Source: a virus
Taxonomy: Duplodnaviria > Caudoviricetes
DNA length: 64,000 nucleotides
Reading direction: 5' to 3' (one strand)
Virus record (IMG/VR): IMGVR_UViG_3300017774_004101
Location: 1 to 64,000 of that record
Part shown: one piece after another, positions 48,801 to 57,924 of the stretch
How the letters are laid out: each line of letters opens with the position of its first letter
Position numbering within the stretch: the first letter of the stretch is position 1
Position numbers and translations under genes: made by a program
Notes under the pieces: generated by a model
Seen by the model: the letters and a program-made list of their open reading frames with translations, nothing else
Databases searched by the model: none
What the model was told of the DNA's origin: nothing

Positions 48801-50933
48801 GGTGTTCCATCCTCCATGTTAACAATAATGGAATATGGTGGACCACAAGACCCATCATCTGATGCGACTACAACATTTACATTTGATGATAGAACCTGTG
48901 CTTTACACTTTGAAACCGGTTCATTCTTACAAATTCCGTTTAAAAATTATTCTGATACTAATGGAACTGATTTTCCTAACGCAATTGAGTTTAGTATTAA
49001 TACTTTGCAAAGTAGTCTTACTCAAAGTTTATTAAGAACTGATAAATGGGTATTAGATTTAGTACCAGGAACAGGTTCTCTTGCTAAATTAGAATTTAAA
49101 ATTACAGGTAGTAATGTAACTCAATCAGTATCTACTGATTATATACCATTCTACAATGATGCATATACAAATATTGTTTTAAATAGAAGAACTGGTTCTA
49201 CTACCGAAGTGTTTGAATTATATTTCAAAGAAGGATTTCAAGGAAGAATCAGAAATGAAGCAACTGCTACTTTATCATTACCAACCGGTTCAACTACTTG
49301 GAAAAGTGGTTCTATATTATATATTGGTGAAGGATTAACTGGTTCATTAGATGAATTCCGTTTATGGAGAACACCATTATCAGAATCTCGTATTGATAAC
49401 CATACCCTATTACCTGATGCAATTGATGGTTCACATATTTCTGCATCAACGATTGATTTATTGTTCCGTTTGGATTTTGAATATCCAATCAGTTTAACGC
49501 AAGGGACATCAAATATACCGTCAGGGTCAATTAAGAACGTTTCTATTAATGAAGGGTATTCAAATTTTGCAAGTGCTTCTAATTTTACTGCAAATACAAC
49601 TTATCCATATCAGTACATACCATATGAAAGAACTGTAACAGCAAAAGTTCCTTCAAGTGGATTGACGGTAGGAAATAAATTCCGTTTTGAAACACAAACC
49701 CTATCAGGTGATTTAAACTATAAAAGTAGAGCAACTAAAAAATCATATGACCAAGCACCAATAGATACGGATAGATTGGGATTATTTTTCTCACCTATGA
49801 AAGAAGTGAATATGGATATTCTACGTTCTTTAGGTGAATTTAATATAGATGATTATATCGGTAATCCTGCAGATGAATACAACGATTCATACTCAGATTT
49901 AGCTACTTTAAGAAATTATTATTTCCAACGATATAATTTAAATACTCACGAATATATTCAATTAGTAAGATATATTGATAAATCACTTTTTGAAACATTA
50001 GAATCATTAGTTCCTGCAAGGGCAAAGGTTTCATCTGGTTTATTGATTGAACCACATATTTTAGAAAGAAGTAAAGTTAAATGGAACAAACCATCTGCAG
50101 TAAATGCTCAACATGAAGTTACTATTGATACAAATGAAACTACAAATCAGTTTGCATCATACCAAAATATAAATGCGTTTATTTCTACATCTAATGCAAT
50201 TGATTTAAATGTAACAAACCCACAATATTCTGTTGAAATTCAAACACAAGGGGATTTAAATTTAGTTGGGACAAATAATTCTTATAATAGTGAAATAGAT
50301 ACATTTAGTACTACAAACGTCTTTGGAACAATTACAACTGATTCAACCAAAACAATGGGTGGAATTTTTGCACCAATAGATGCTACTATTACTGGTTCGA
50401 TAACGGGTGAATACGACCAAACTGAATTTATTCAAGTTGGGCTGGATAGAGATTCTCTATCCGTTGCCGGATTTGGATTATTTGGTTCTAATGGGAATGT
50501 AATTAGAACGTATAGAGATGTTTGGGGTAATTTTATAAAAGAAAGAAATAAAGTATTTTTAATAAAAGAAAGTTATACAAAAAATATACCTGAAAACATA
50601 AACGCTTTAGATAAAAGTTTAGGAACAGAATTAATTTCAAGGACTTTTTATAGAACAAAGGTTACTATATTAGATTGGGATGGCATAACACCAACTGTCG
50701 GTGGTAATATTGTAGAGGTAACTCCGTTAAATGGGTATTTTTCAACCCATTATAGAAATACTGGTGATTTATCAACCGGATTACAAAATAGTTATTTTAA
50801 TGGGTCTAAACAAACCTCTACAACTAATATTTTAGGTGGTTCACCGGTTCAAACATTCACAACTAACCCTAATATACTAAAAGTTTCAGATACAGGAAGA
50901 GGAAGTGGAGAACCAATTTTAGTAGTTGATTAA
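45837..50933 (+). CDS. large baseplate/tail protein (1698 aa; gp7/P2-I-like segment, LamG-like region)
   Basis: LNMMGQHFD, NNLPYLLKHKGTKRAL, EYGG; GSLDEFRLW; N-terminal GCTD repeat. Confidence 0.7.
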   Translation: MAEMNKQEGGYTPNNQDAAFVNDFVNDNSGGGGGGGGGGNPTSPIFGCTDPRASNYNASATYNDGSCTYAPTNVYNTQNLVVEIGIQSNPQDGIVLVDGVIQNVKTTPTQLSFNQKELLTPKQITLQKSGLESSDVYKVYTLKKENRKQIPVEIPFDDVIGYTFEQDPQNPNAVIRKREERPKVYESLVYFTYYQLVVEKLIDGNFIQQNILEASTETDAVLSTTLKFDFKTFPVPIDLLPEAVARIQINGDVYQNDLISYRATNGVTGNVTSGRTEFDFSPSSGGYCIDFISNGLSAQTHAVVYEVITKGNSVKYDRLDFKLEPGIDNVIVNISVSKKSNDNIPQADAPTLRTEGISFEFNIAGDNNLNIPYNSVNASEIIYSLGSTQRTLSPNGSIVLSKNDFYNGVGNYVVYLQPRSDRAGSGQTTKITINVVNKYYLPGPDITHINYPQNIKGADFKGFNVDFDISWQSINTNYIEMYVSKYDKQYAIGKLSPAGLITLNVEEVLKKAQNQFNEDTDKVQFEILLVPFNAEGDELTEGKIERISILFDKGDLKLRRGSVIADIRSAFEINLDQKILEEEISKFLTHYLHLGDGDNKLIATWGVDTETFSEYKTDAETGTRTKTKEQKSLVLKLYEPLPREIQPNQQLWISKIQSIPIIEQVTIIDELKSDCTPLKPNFNVTIGDEIGYQILDDLISSGSNTSTDLINSYVSSSEFSLENLNIQYESGSTYAWSNFVKYSSAEERVKNFLYKVELIEFYDTKINFVSSSLSYTSGSVTSSLELQKHVQSKHKVKAGFDGFEKYLYTTSGSDGTLTYPGAGGSSVSQSTDSSVTNWYNGIIDDAQQYDYNNKNILVNNIPAHITNDAENAEFVLFLNMMGQHFDTLWSYTKGIAQSKKLEHKYEDGIGNDLIYHMLESLGWNADMGVQSQYLWEYAFGKNSDGSSSSSMSGKSRQHQVWRRILNNLPYLLKHKGTKRALSAAMACYGVPSSMLTIMEYGGPQDPSSDATTTFTFDDRTCALHFETGSFLQIPFKNYSDTNGTDFPNAIEFSINTLQSSLTQSLLRTDKWVLDLVPGTGSLAKLEFKITGSNVTQSVSTDYIPFYNDAYTNIVLNRRTGSTTEVFELYFKEGFQGRIRNEATATLSLPTGSTTWKSGSILYIGEGLTGSLDEFRLWRTPLSESRIDNHTLLPDAIDGSHISASTIDLLFRLDFEYPISLTQGTSNIPSGSIKNVSINEGYSNFASASNFTANTTYPYQYIPYERTVTAKVPSSGLTVGNKFRFETQTLSGDLNYKSRATKKSYDQAPIDTDRLGLFFSPMKEVNMDILRSLGEFNIDDYIGNPADEYNDSYSDLATLRNYYFQRYNLNTHEYIQLVRYIDKSLFETLESLVPARAKVSSGLLIEPHILERSKVKWNKPSAVNAQHEVTIDTNETTNQFASYQNINAFISTSNAIDLNVTNPQYSVEIQTQGDLNLVGTNNSYNSEIDTFSTTNVFGTITTDSTKTMGGIFAPIDATITGSITGEYDQTEFIQVGLDRDSLSVAGFGLFGSNGNVIRTYRDVWGNFIKERNKVFLIKESYTKNIPENINALDKSLGTELISRTFYRTKVTILDWDGITPTVGGNIVEVTPLNGYFSTHYRNTGDLSTGLQNSYFNGSKQTSTTNILGGSPVQTFTTNPNILKVSDTGRGSGEPILVVD

Positions 50934-50946
50934 TGAAAATTATTAA

Positions 50947-50961
50947 ATACTTATATTTATA
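50947..50961 (+). promoter_or_regulatory. overlapping candidate late promoter motifs ATACTTATA/ATATTTATA
   Basis: ATACTTATATTTATA upstream of ATG 50992. Confidence 0.6.
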
Positions 50962-50991
50962 TACGAAAGTAAAAAAGAAAATACAAAAATT

Positions 50992-51615
50992 ATGGCATAC
51001 TTAGATAATTCCGAAATCACAGTTGATGCGATTCTTACTAAGAAAGGTAGAGAAAAATTAGCATCTGGACAAGGTCTTAACATTACTAAATTCGCATTAG
51101 GTGATGATGAGATTGATTACACACTTTATGAACCAGCACACCCAAAGGGTTCTGCTTATTATGATGCAGCAATCAGAGCGATTCCTGTAACTGAAGCATC
51201 TCCTGATGAAACTCAAGTTCTAAAATATAAATTGGTAACTTTACCAAAAGGTACAACTAAAATTCCTAAAGTAGAATTTGGCGTTCCTTCAATTTCAGTA
51301 AACCAAAGAAGTGGTCAGGTATCTTTAACTCCAACAACATCACCAAGTGGAAACGGACAGTCAGGATATACAATTGTATTAGCAAATAAAAATGCAGGTT
51401 CAATTGTTGGTAGTGGTATCGCAGCAGGTACGGGTACAATACCAGTATTCTTAGGCGATGAAATCACAACAACTGCAGCAGTAGAAAGAGGATTAACATT
51501 CTCATTCATTCCTAACCCAAATACAACACAAACTATTAAGACAACTATAACAGTATATGGTAACGAAACAGGTGGTTCTCAAACTATTCCTGTAACCGTA
51601 TCTTATATAGCTTAA
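50992..51615 (+). CDS. virion structural protein (tail-collar/fibre-attachment-like)
   Basis: VDAILTKKGRE..A, ITKFALGDDEIDY. Confidence 0.6.
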   Translation: MAYLDNSEITVDAILTKKGREKLASGQGLNITKFALGDDEIDYTLYEPAHPKGSAYYDAAIRAIPVTEASPDETQVLKYKLVTLPKGTTKIPKVEFGVPSISVNQRSGQVSLTPTTSPSGNGQSGYTIVLANKNAGSIVGSGIAAGTGTIPVFLGDEITTTAAVERGLTFSFIPNPNTTQTIKTTITVYGNETGGSQTIPVTVSYIA

Positions 51616-51632
51616 ACGGAGAATAAAATAAT

Positions 51633-52850
51633 ATGGCACAAATAACAGGACAAGCAGGAGTAAATTTAACATCAGAATTAGCAGCATATTTGCAATCTAG
51701 TAATGGAAATATAACTACCGAGCAATTATCAAATCTTATAAACCAATATGTGACAGGTGGTGATAAATTAGCTGCACAAGGTGGTTCAATTACAACTGGT
51801 ATCTACAAAAGATTTGGCGAATTTGACCAAATTACAGGAAAAGTAGAGGTTGTAACGACTGGTCTTTGGAGTGGTGATACGGGAAGTTTAAATTATTATG
51901 CAACATCTTCAACTCAAGCGGTAGCAGCAAGTTCAAATTATTATTTAGATGTATATAAATCAGGTTCGGATGATATTCAATTTGCTGTAGCATACGGACA
52001 CAAATATGCAAGTGGTTCGGTTTCATTAGACAACGACAATGATTCAACTCTAGCAACAAAAGCAACATATGCACAATATCGTTCTATTTTATTAGACCAA
52101 ACGGACGAATTTTTCACATTTGATTCAGCATCAGGCGAAGGTTTACACGATTCTAGCGATATCTATGTTATTAACGTAGCAAGAGCTAGATATAAAGAAA
52201 CAATGGATGCCGGTAATTGGGAATTATCCCTAAGTGGTTCAAATGGTATTACTACATTTATTGATGATAGTGGTAAAAAATTCTCTGATACTGTTGGTAA
52301 AGCAGGTAGATTATTTTATGTTGTATCTGGTTCTTTAAATTTAGGACAAGATGCAGAAGCAACAATTAGTGGTAGATATGATACAAGTGGTAGAGGATTT
52401 GGATTATTTTATCCAGACCAAGGTCTTATTGTATTAAATCCTACAGCAATTCATTCAAAAATTGGTGCATCAAAAGATAGCGGTTCAGTAGGTGGAAAAT
52501 CAATTTATAGTGGTGTTACATATGAAGGTAAAAATCATTTCTTATTGTATAATGCAATTAAGGGTGGAGCAGATTTTGAAGCAAGAAGAACTGAAAACGT
52601 TTCAACCTCTCATTACTTTGTAAGGGCAACAAATAGAGAATTTAACTTCTCAAATAATCCAACATTTACAAGTGGTTCATCTGATGGTTCATTTGTTGAA
52701 TCTACATTTGAAAGAGACCCGAGAACATATATTACAACAATTGGTCTATACAACGATGCTAACGAAATGTTGGCAGTTGCTAAAACTTCACAACCGATTG
52801 CAAAATCATTTGATAAAGAAGTTTTAATAGCGGTTAAATTAGATTTCTAA
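51633..52850 (+). CDS. virion structural protein
   Basis: C-terminal YITTIGLYNDANEMLAVAKTSQPIAK...VKLDF. Confidence 0.65.
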   Translation: MAQITGQAGVNLTSELAAYLQSSNGNITTEQLSNLINQYVTGGDKLAAQGGSITTGIYKRFGEFDQITGKVEVVTTGLWSGDTGSLNYYATSSTQAVAASSNYYLDVYKSGSDDIQFAVAYGHKYASGSVSLDNDNDSTLATKATYAQYRSILLDQTDEFFTFDSASGEGLHDSSDIYVINVARARYKETMDAGNWELSLSGSNGITTFIDDSGKKFSDTVGKAGRLFYVVSGSLNLGQDAEATISGRYDTSGRGFGLFYPDQGLIVLNPTAIHSKIGASKDSGSVGGKSIYSGVTYEGKNHFLLYNAIKGGADFEARRTENVSTSHYFVRATNREFNFSNNPTFTSGSSDGSFVESTFERDPRTYITTIGLYNDANEMLAVAKTSQPIAKSFDKEVLIAVKLDF

Positions 52851-52904
52851 TTAAAAAATTATTTGGGAGTATCGTAGAACAAAAACCAAATAACATATTT
52901 AAAG

Positions 52905-52931
52905 AACCCAACCCTAAAAAGTTGGGTTTTT
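52905..52931 (+). terminator. intrinsic terminator
   Basis: AACCCAAC-CCTAAAAA-GTTGGGTT-TTT. Confidence 0.75.
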
Positions 52932-52941
52932 AGTTATTAAA

Positions 52942-52950
52942 ATACTTATA
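52942..52950 (+). promoter_or_regulatory. candidate phage late promoter ATACTTATA
   Basis: After terminator, 17 nt before ATG 52968. Confidence 0.55.
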
Positions 52951-52967
52951 TAGGTAAGGAATTCACT

Positions 52968-54098
52968 ATGTTTAAATCAATACCCAAATCAAATATATCT
53001 AAAAGGTCATTCAATGTATACAAACTTTGGAATGCTGACCAGGGTGATTATCCTATTATAAAGGTATATAATGAAACTGGTTTATTTGATGAAAACTCAG
53101 ACAAAAGTGAAGGTTATTTTGTTCACACCTTATACAATTCATTAAAAAGTAAATACTATTCAAAAGAAGGTAATTCATTTACAACATTTGGGTCAACAAA
53201 AAATTTAGCAGATTTAAAATCAGAAAGAATATTACCAGATACCTTTCAGATAATAGCAATTGATAGAAATCGATTTGGTGAAGAGATAAAAAAAGAAAGT
53301 ATAGAATTATTAATAGACGATTTAACTTATGTTGATGATGGATTTGGTATTATTAGAGAAGAGGGTAATGTATACACATTAGTTAGTCTTGATTTAGATA
53401 ATAATGGAGTTGGGTATTTAACTATTGATGATGGTATTCAATATTATAACATTGAAGTCCTATCAATAGATTTAAATGACGGGTCATCTACCTTAATTTA
53501 TAACGGAGATACTGATGAATATTTTATAATTTCTATTAATTTTCAAACTAATAAAATTAATTTTACAGCTCAATTACAATTTGAAAATACTGATATAAAA
53601 TTAAAAAGTAATGGTAATGTATTTTATGATGATGGTTTAATTGCTATGACTAATGATATTGATTTTACTAGTTACGCATTAGAATATCGTTCAACACAAA
53701 CAATATATGAAACCGAAATTTTAATTTCTGCTAATAGTGGAGAATTTAATTATTCACAAAATCCAACCGCAGTTAAGGTATTAGTTAGTGGTTCGTATGA
53801 TTTTGAAATAACAGGAGTAAATAATTCATTCCCAGCAGGAACTAAAAAAATAAAAGAGGTATTAGATATATCACGTAGAGAGTTCTTTAGCGGGTCTATT
53901 GGTTCGATTAGTGGTTCGTGGGAGGATTACTATACAAATGTATCAACTGACCCGACTGGTTCTTATTTAACCACCTATATCACTACAATTGGATTGTACG
54001 ATGATGATGATAATCTATTAGTTGTTGCTAAATTACCGAAACCAATAAAAAATTTACCGGATTATAATCTTAATTTTTTAGTCCGTTTTGATACTTAA
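52968..54098 (+). CDS. virion structural protein, paralog of 51633
   Basis: EFNYSQNPT and YITTIGLYDDDDNLLVVAKLPKPIK...VRFD shared with 51633. Confidence 0.65.
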   Translation: MFKSIPKSNISKRSFNVYKLWNADQGDYPIIKVYNETGLFDENSDKSEGYFVHTLYNSLKSKYYSKEGNSFTTFGSTKNLADLKSERILPDTFQIIAIDRNRFGEEIKKESIELLIDDLTYVDDGFGIIREEGNVYTLVSLDLDNNGVGYLTIDDGIQYYNIEVLSIDLNDGSSTLIYNGDTDEYFIISINFQTNKINFTAQLQFENTDIKLKSNGNVFYDDGLIAMTNDIDFTSYALEYRSTQTIYETEILISANSGEFNYSQNPTAVKVLVSGSYDFEITGVNNSFPAGTKKIKEVLDISRREFFSGSIGSISGSWEDYYTNVSTDPTGSYLTTYITTIGLYDDDDNLLVVAKLPKPIKNLPDYNLNFLVRFDT

Positions 54099-54100
54099 TG

Positions 54101-54109
54101 ATATTTATA
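54101..54109 (+). promoter_or_regulatory. candidate phage late promoter ATATTTATA
   Basis: 21 nt before ATG 54131. Confidence 0.55.
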
Positions 54110-54130
54110 AGCATATAACACAAAAAACCT

Positions 54131-54346
54131 ATGGCACAAATTAACATTCTTGATGTAAATGATAATATCATTGAATCAAATATTACTGAAGAACGAGTAA
54201 CAGAATTGATAAATAGAGACCTTTCACCTGATGGGTTAGCTTATTATTATTATCCTGGTGATGAAGCTCAAATAAATGAGTTTAAATCAACAGAATATTC
54301 TGAAAGTATTAGATTTATCAAAAAAATAGAAACTACAAACGAATAA
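54131..54346 (+). CDS. small acidic protein, paralog A
   Basis: NILDVN..IESN..EE...YYYYP...ESIRFIK. Confidence 0.7.
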   Translation: MAQINILDVNDNIIESNITEERVTELINRDLSPDGLAYYYYPGDEAQINEFKSTEYSESIRFIKKIETTNE

Positions 54347-54361
54347 AAAAAGGAAAAAACT

Positions 54362-54562
54362 ATGTATAATATATTAGATGTAAATGAAACAGTTATAGAA
54401 TCAAATTTATCAGAAGAAGCAGTAGCATTATTATTAGAAGATACTACTACTACCGGTGGATTTTCTTATTTTTATTATCCAATTGAATCGGTAATAATGG
54501 AAAAACTTAAAGAAGAAAAAGGCGAATCTATTAGATTTATCAAACCAGTAGTTGCTAATTAA
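54362..54562 (+). CDS. small acidic protein, paralog B
   Basis: NILDVN..IESN..EE...YFYYP...ESIRFIK. Confidence 0.7.
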   Translation: MYNILDVNETVIESNLSEEAVALLLEDTTTTGGFSYFYYPIESVIMEKLKEEKGESIRFIKPVVAN

Positions 54563-54576
54563 TAGGAAACAAAATT

Positions 54577-54759
54577 ATGGCTAGTATATTAGACTTATAT
54601 AAAAATTCTATTTTTGCTAAATTAGCAGATAAATCTAAAGATAAGACACCTGTCTCTGAGGATGCCTCTTTCAAAGCAAATATAGATGAAGCAAAACTTG
54701 CAAAATCTAGAGGTGGTAAGTTGAAAGAAACAAAGTATTCTACTACCGTTAAACCTTAA
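54577..54759 (+). CDS. small basic hypothetical protein
   Basis: 60-aa ORF MASILDLYKN... Confidence 0.65.
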   Translation: MASILDLYKNSIFAKLADKSKDKTPVSEDASFKANIDEAKLAKSRGGKLKETKYSTTVKP

Positions 54760-54769
54760 ATAAATTTGT

Positions 54770-55342
54770 TTGGCCTTATTAATAAACCATTCCGAAAAGT
54801 GGGCGTTTCTTCACATACCTAAAACAGGTGGTAACTCCCTTAGTGAAATTCTTTTAACAATTAAAGGAACAGAGTTTGTAACTACCCATAACGATTTATC
54901 GGCATTCGGTAATATTGAAAATTATTTTATTTTTACATTTATAAGAAACCCATTTACACGATTGGCATCGTGGTATCATCATGAAGTAAGAATGGGCTGT
55001 GATAAAACTTTTGGTAATTTTATTAAATCTATTTTTGAACATAATTTCTTATACTATCCTCAAACATTTTTTTTAAATAATAATAAAACTGAAAAACGAA
55101 ATATTAGTTTTATAGGTAGGTATGAAAATTACTCAAACGATATAAGTTTCCTATTCCAAAAATTAGGACACCCTACTCCTAAAATACCACATCTTAATAA
55201 AAATTCTATATACGAAAGACACCCAACTTTAAATCAACATAAATATTATAAATCTTTGTATAAGGAAGATTGGATAAAAGATTGGGTTAGAACTAAATAT
55301 AAAGACGATTTTCAAAATTTTAATTATGAATTGGATATATAA
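54770..55342 (+). CDS. sulfotransferase family 2 protein
   Basis: FLHIPKTGGNS, FIRNPFTRLASWY, FIGRYEN, Y..DF..FNY; TTG start. Confidence 0.85.
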   Translation: MALLINHSEKWAFLHIPKTGGNSLSEILLTIKGTEFVTTHNDLSAFGNIENYFIFTFIRNPFTRLASWYHHEVRMGCDKTFGNFIKSIFEHNFLYYPQTFFLNNNKTEKRNISFIGRYENYSNDISFLFQKLGHPTPKIPHLNKNSIYERHPTLNQHKYYKSLYKEDWIKDWVRTKYKDDFQNFNYELDI

Positions 55343-55730
55343 AGAAAAGGTCATATCAGAAATTTCTGAAATGCCAGAAGGTACAATTGGTTTTATTTAT
55401 AAAATAACACACAATACCACCGGCCAATATTATATTGGTAAAAAGAGTTTATACTCACATAGAACTCTAGCCCCATTAAAGGGGTATAAACGAAATCGTA
55501 AAGTTGTCAAAGAAATGAAATGGCAGGATTATTGTTCATCAAATGATGTTGTTAAAACATGGACAAATGAACCAATTACTAAAGAAATCTTACGATTCTG
55601 TCAATCAAAGAAATCCCTTACATATTACGAATTACAAGAACAATTTGCAAACAACGTATTAGCAGATGAAAAATCCCTAAATGAGAACTTAATGGGAAAA
55701 TTTTTCAAAAGAGATTTGGAAATCTCATAA
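55326..55730 (+). CDS. GIY-YIG-like nuclease domain protein
   Basis: GFIYKIT...YYIGKK, W..YCSS, E..EQF..VL, N.N. Confidence 0.7.
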   Translation: MNWIYKEKVISEISEMPEGTIGFIYKITHNTTGQYYIGKKSLYSHRTLAPLKGYKRNRKVVKEMKWQDYCSSNDVVKTWTNEPITKEILRFCQSKKSLTYYELQEQFANNVLADEKSLNENLMGKFFKRDLEIS

Positions 55731-55813
55731 ATTTGTTGTATCTTTGTTAGACTTAATGCAAATATAATAAATGTACATAAATTTGGAAATATCAGATTTA
55801 TTTCGTATCTTTA
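55715..55813 (+). promoter_or_regulatory. tandem Bacteroidota sigma70-type promoters before primase
   Basis: TTTG(55715)-N20-TATCTTTG(55739-46) and TTTG(55782)-N20-TATCTTTA(55806-13). Confidence 0.75.
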
Positions 55814-55836
55814 CTATATTAGTAGCGTTATAATAT

Positions 55837-56775
55837 ATGGTATCAAATACAGATAAATTAACAATCGTTAGTATTTTAGATGATGTCTTAGGACCAGGTT
55901 CGGCCTTAAAGGGAAATGAACAGGCTCATTATTGTCCGTTTTGTCATCATCATAAAAAGAAACTTCAAGTGAATTTAGATACACAGCAGTGGCATTGTTG
56001 GGTGTGTGATTCTAAGGGTAAGAGGATACAAGGATTACTTAAAAAATTACAAGTAGATGTTTCTAAACTTCGTAAAGTATATGAGATATATGGAGACGAT
56101 TATATCGTATCATCTCAAATAGAGGAAGACCAAATTGAATTACGATTGCCAAAAGAATTTAAATCGTTAATGGAAACCCCAATCGGGTTTAAACCCATAT
56201 ATAAAAAGGTAAAACACTACGCAACACTAAGAGGAATACGAAATTCAGATATTATTAAATACAATATTGGATATTGTGATAGTGGATTATATTCAGGTAG
56301 AATTATTATACCATCATATGATATAAACAATAAATTAAATTATTTTATTGCCCGTTCCGTATTTGATGACGAACCATACAAATATAAAAATCCACCAGTT
56401 TCAAAGAATGTAATTATGTTTGAAAACCAAATTAATTGGAACGAAGCCATTACTATTTGTGAAGGTGCTTTTGATGCAATGGCGGTTAGGAGAAATGCTA
56501 TTCCAATATTAGGAAAATTTATTCCTAAAAAATTAATGGATAGTATCTATGAAAGAGGGGTTCGTAATCTAAATATCTTATTAGATACCGATGCACAAGA
56601 CCAAGCCTTATACTATACAATGTATTTTCAAAAGCAAGGATTCCAAATAAAAAATATTATTCCATCTGGTAAAGATGCAGCTGATATTGGGTTTACCCAA
56701 ATCAACAAAATTATCAAAAACAAAATAGAAACAAATTATGAAGATATAATTCTTCAGAAATTAAATCAATTATGA
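55837..56775 (+). CDS. DNA primase (Zn finger + TOPRIM)
   Basis: CPFC...HCWVC, RIIIP, KYKNP, ICEGAFDA, LDTDA, KDAAD. Confidence 0.9.
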   Translation: MVSNTDKLTIVSILDDVLGPGSALKGNEQAHYCPFCHHHKKKLQVNLDTQQWHCWVCDSKGKRIQGLLKKLQVDVSKLRKVYEIYGDDYIVSSQIEEDQIELRLPKEFKSLMETPIGFKPIYKKVKHYATLRGIRNSDIIKYNIGYCDSGLYSGRIIIPSYDINNKLNYFIARSVFDDEPYKYKNPPVSKNVIMFENQINWNEAITICEGAFDAMAVRRNAIPILGKFIPKKLMDSIYERGVRNLNILLDTDAQDQALYYTMYFQKQGFQIKNIIPSGKDAADIGFTQINKIIKNKIETNYEDIILQKLNQL

Positions 56776-57911
56776 TTCACGTAATACCACAACATATTTC
56801 AAGAGGTTCTTATACTGCTTGGTATAGATTACTTAATATTAAAGATGAACATATATTTCATTCATTTGATGATACTGATGAAATTGAAAGAAAATTAATA
56901 GGAGACCCACCCTATGTTAATAAACTAATTGAAAAATTAAATAAAATAAATCCACAATCAGGCGATGTGGTTATTTTTGATTCTAAATATATTGATTCAC
57001 ATAGAGGTCAGGCAGTAATTGAATCTAATTTAATAGATTTATCTAAAAAATATAACGATTGTAAATTTGTGTTATTTGAGGATGATAATGCCGTTGAATA
57101 TATTGATACTGAACGATATACTTTTTTTTCAAATAAATTTTTAGTAAAAGATACTACTGAATTACATCATTATGAGCGTAATTGTAATTATTATAGATAT
57201 CGTAGTGCTTTGCAAGAATATTTTCCACATTTAAAATATATTATTAAAATATTTGATTTGAATATTCGTCAGAAAAAAATGAATATGATTATTGGCGTGG
57301 ATAAAAAAGAACGATTAGAAGTTTTTAAATATGTTTATAATATTGGGTTAGATTCTGATTCGTGGTTAGGATATAGTGGGTTTGCATGTGATTATGTAGA
57401 GGGTGATATTAGTTCTAAATTATTAGAATTTAAAAAAAATAAATTACCGGTAATATTAGATACACCAATGGAAAGAAGTATGCATGGTTCGGTAAATGTT
57501 GAAATCCCACCATTACCTATTACTATGACTTCATATATTAGTTGTATTTTAGAAACAATGGTGGTAGCAGAAGATATTATACATTTGAGTGAGAAATCAT
57601 GGAATCCATTTATATCAAAAAATATTCCCCTAATTTTAGGTAATAAATATCTAACTCAATACCTTAAAGGTTTAGGATTTTGGTTAGCAGAGGATTTATT
57701 TGATATAACTCCACAAGATAGTATTCCTGCAATCATTAATCAATACAAACGAAATTTAGATATCATACATAAAATGTCATATGAAGATATTCATTCATAC
57801 TATGTAAAAAATCAGGCAGGAATTGAACGAAATTTTAGTTTAATAGAAACTATAAAATTTGAATTTAAATTAGATAATTATCTACAACCAACAAAAAATA
57901 AGTTACTATAA
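56772..57911 (+). CDS. putative glycosyltransferase-like accessory protein
   Basis: ILET....HLSEKSWNPF...PLILG....YLK.LGF, resembling GT10-like C-terminal motifs. Confidence 0.45.
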   Translation: MIHVIPQHISRGSYTAWYRLLNIKDEHIFHSFDDTDEIERKLIGDPPYVNKLIEKLNKINPQSGDVVIFDSKYIDSHRGQAVIESNLIDLSKKYNDCKFVLFEDDNAVEYIDTERYTFFSNKFLVKDTTELHHYERNCNYYRYRSALQEYFPHLKYIIKIFDLNIRQKKMNMIIGVDKKERLEVFKYVYNIGLDSDSWLGYSGFACDYVEGDISSKLLEFKKNKLPVILDTPMERSMHGSVNVEIPPLPITMTSYISCILETMVVAEDIIHLSEKSWNPFISKNIPLILGNKYLTQYLKGLGFWLAEDLFDITPQDSIPAIINQYKRNLDIIHKMSYEDIHSYYVKNQAGIERNFSLIETIKFEFKLDNYLQPTKNKLL

Positions 57912-57924
57912 CTTAAATTAATTT

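Noticed and set aside
55326-55730. Mobile homing endonuclease
   Set aside because: Only a short GIY-YIG-like domain with no DNA-binding tail and no interrupted host gene
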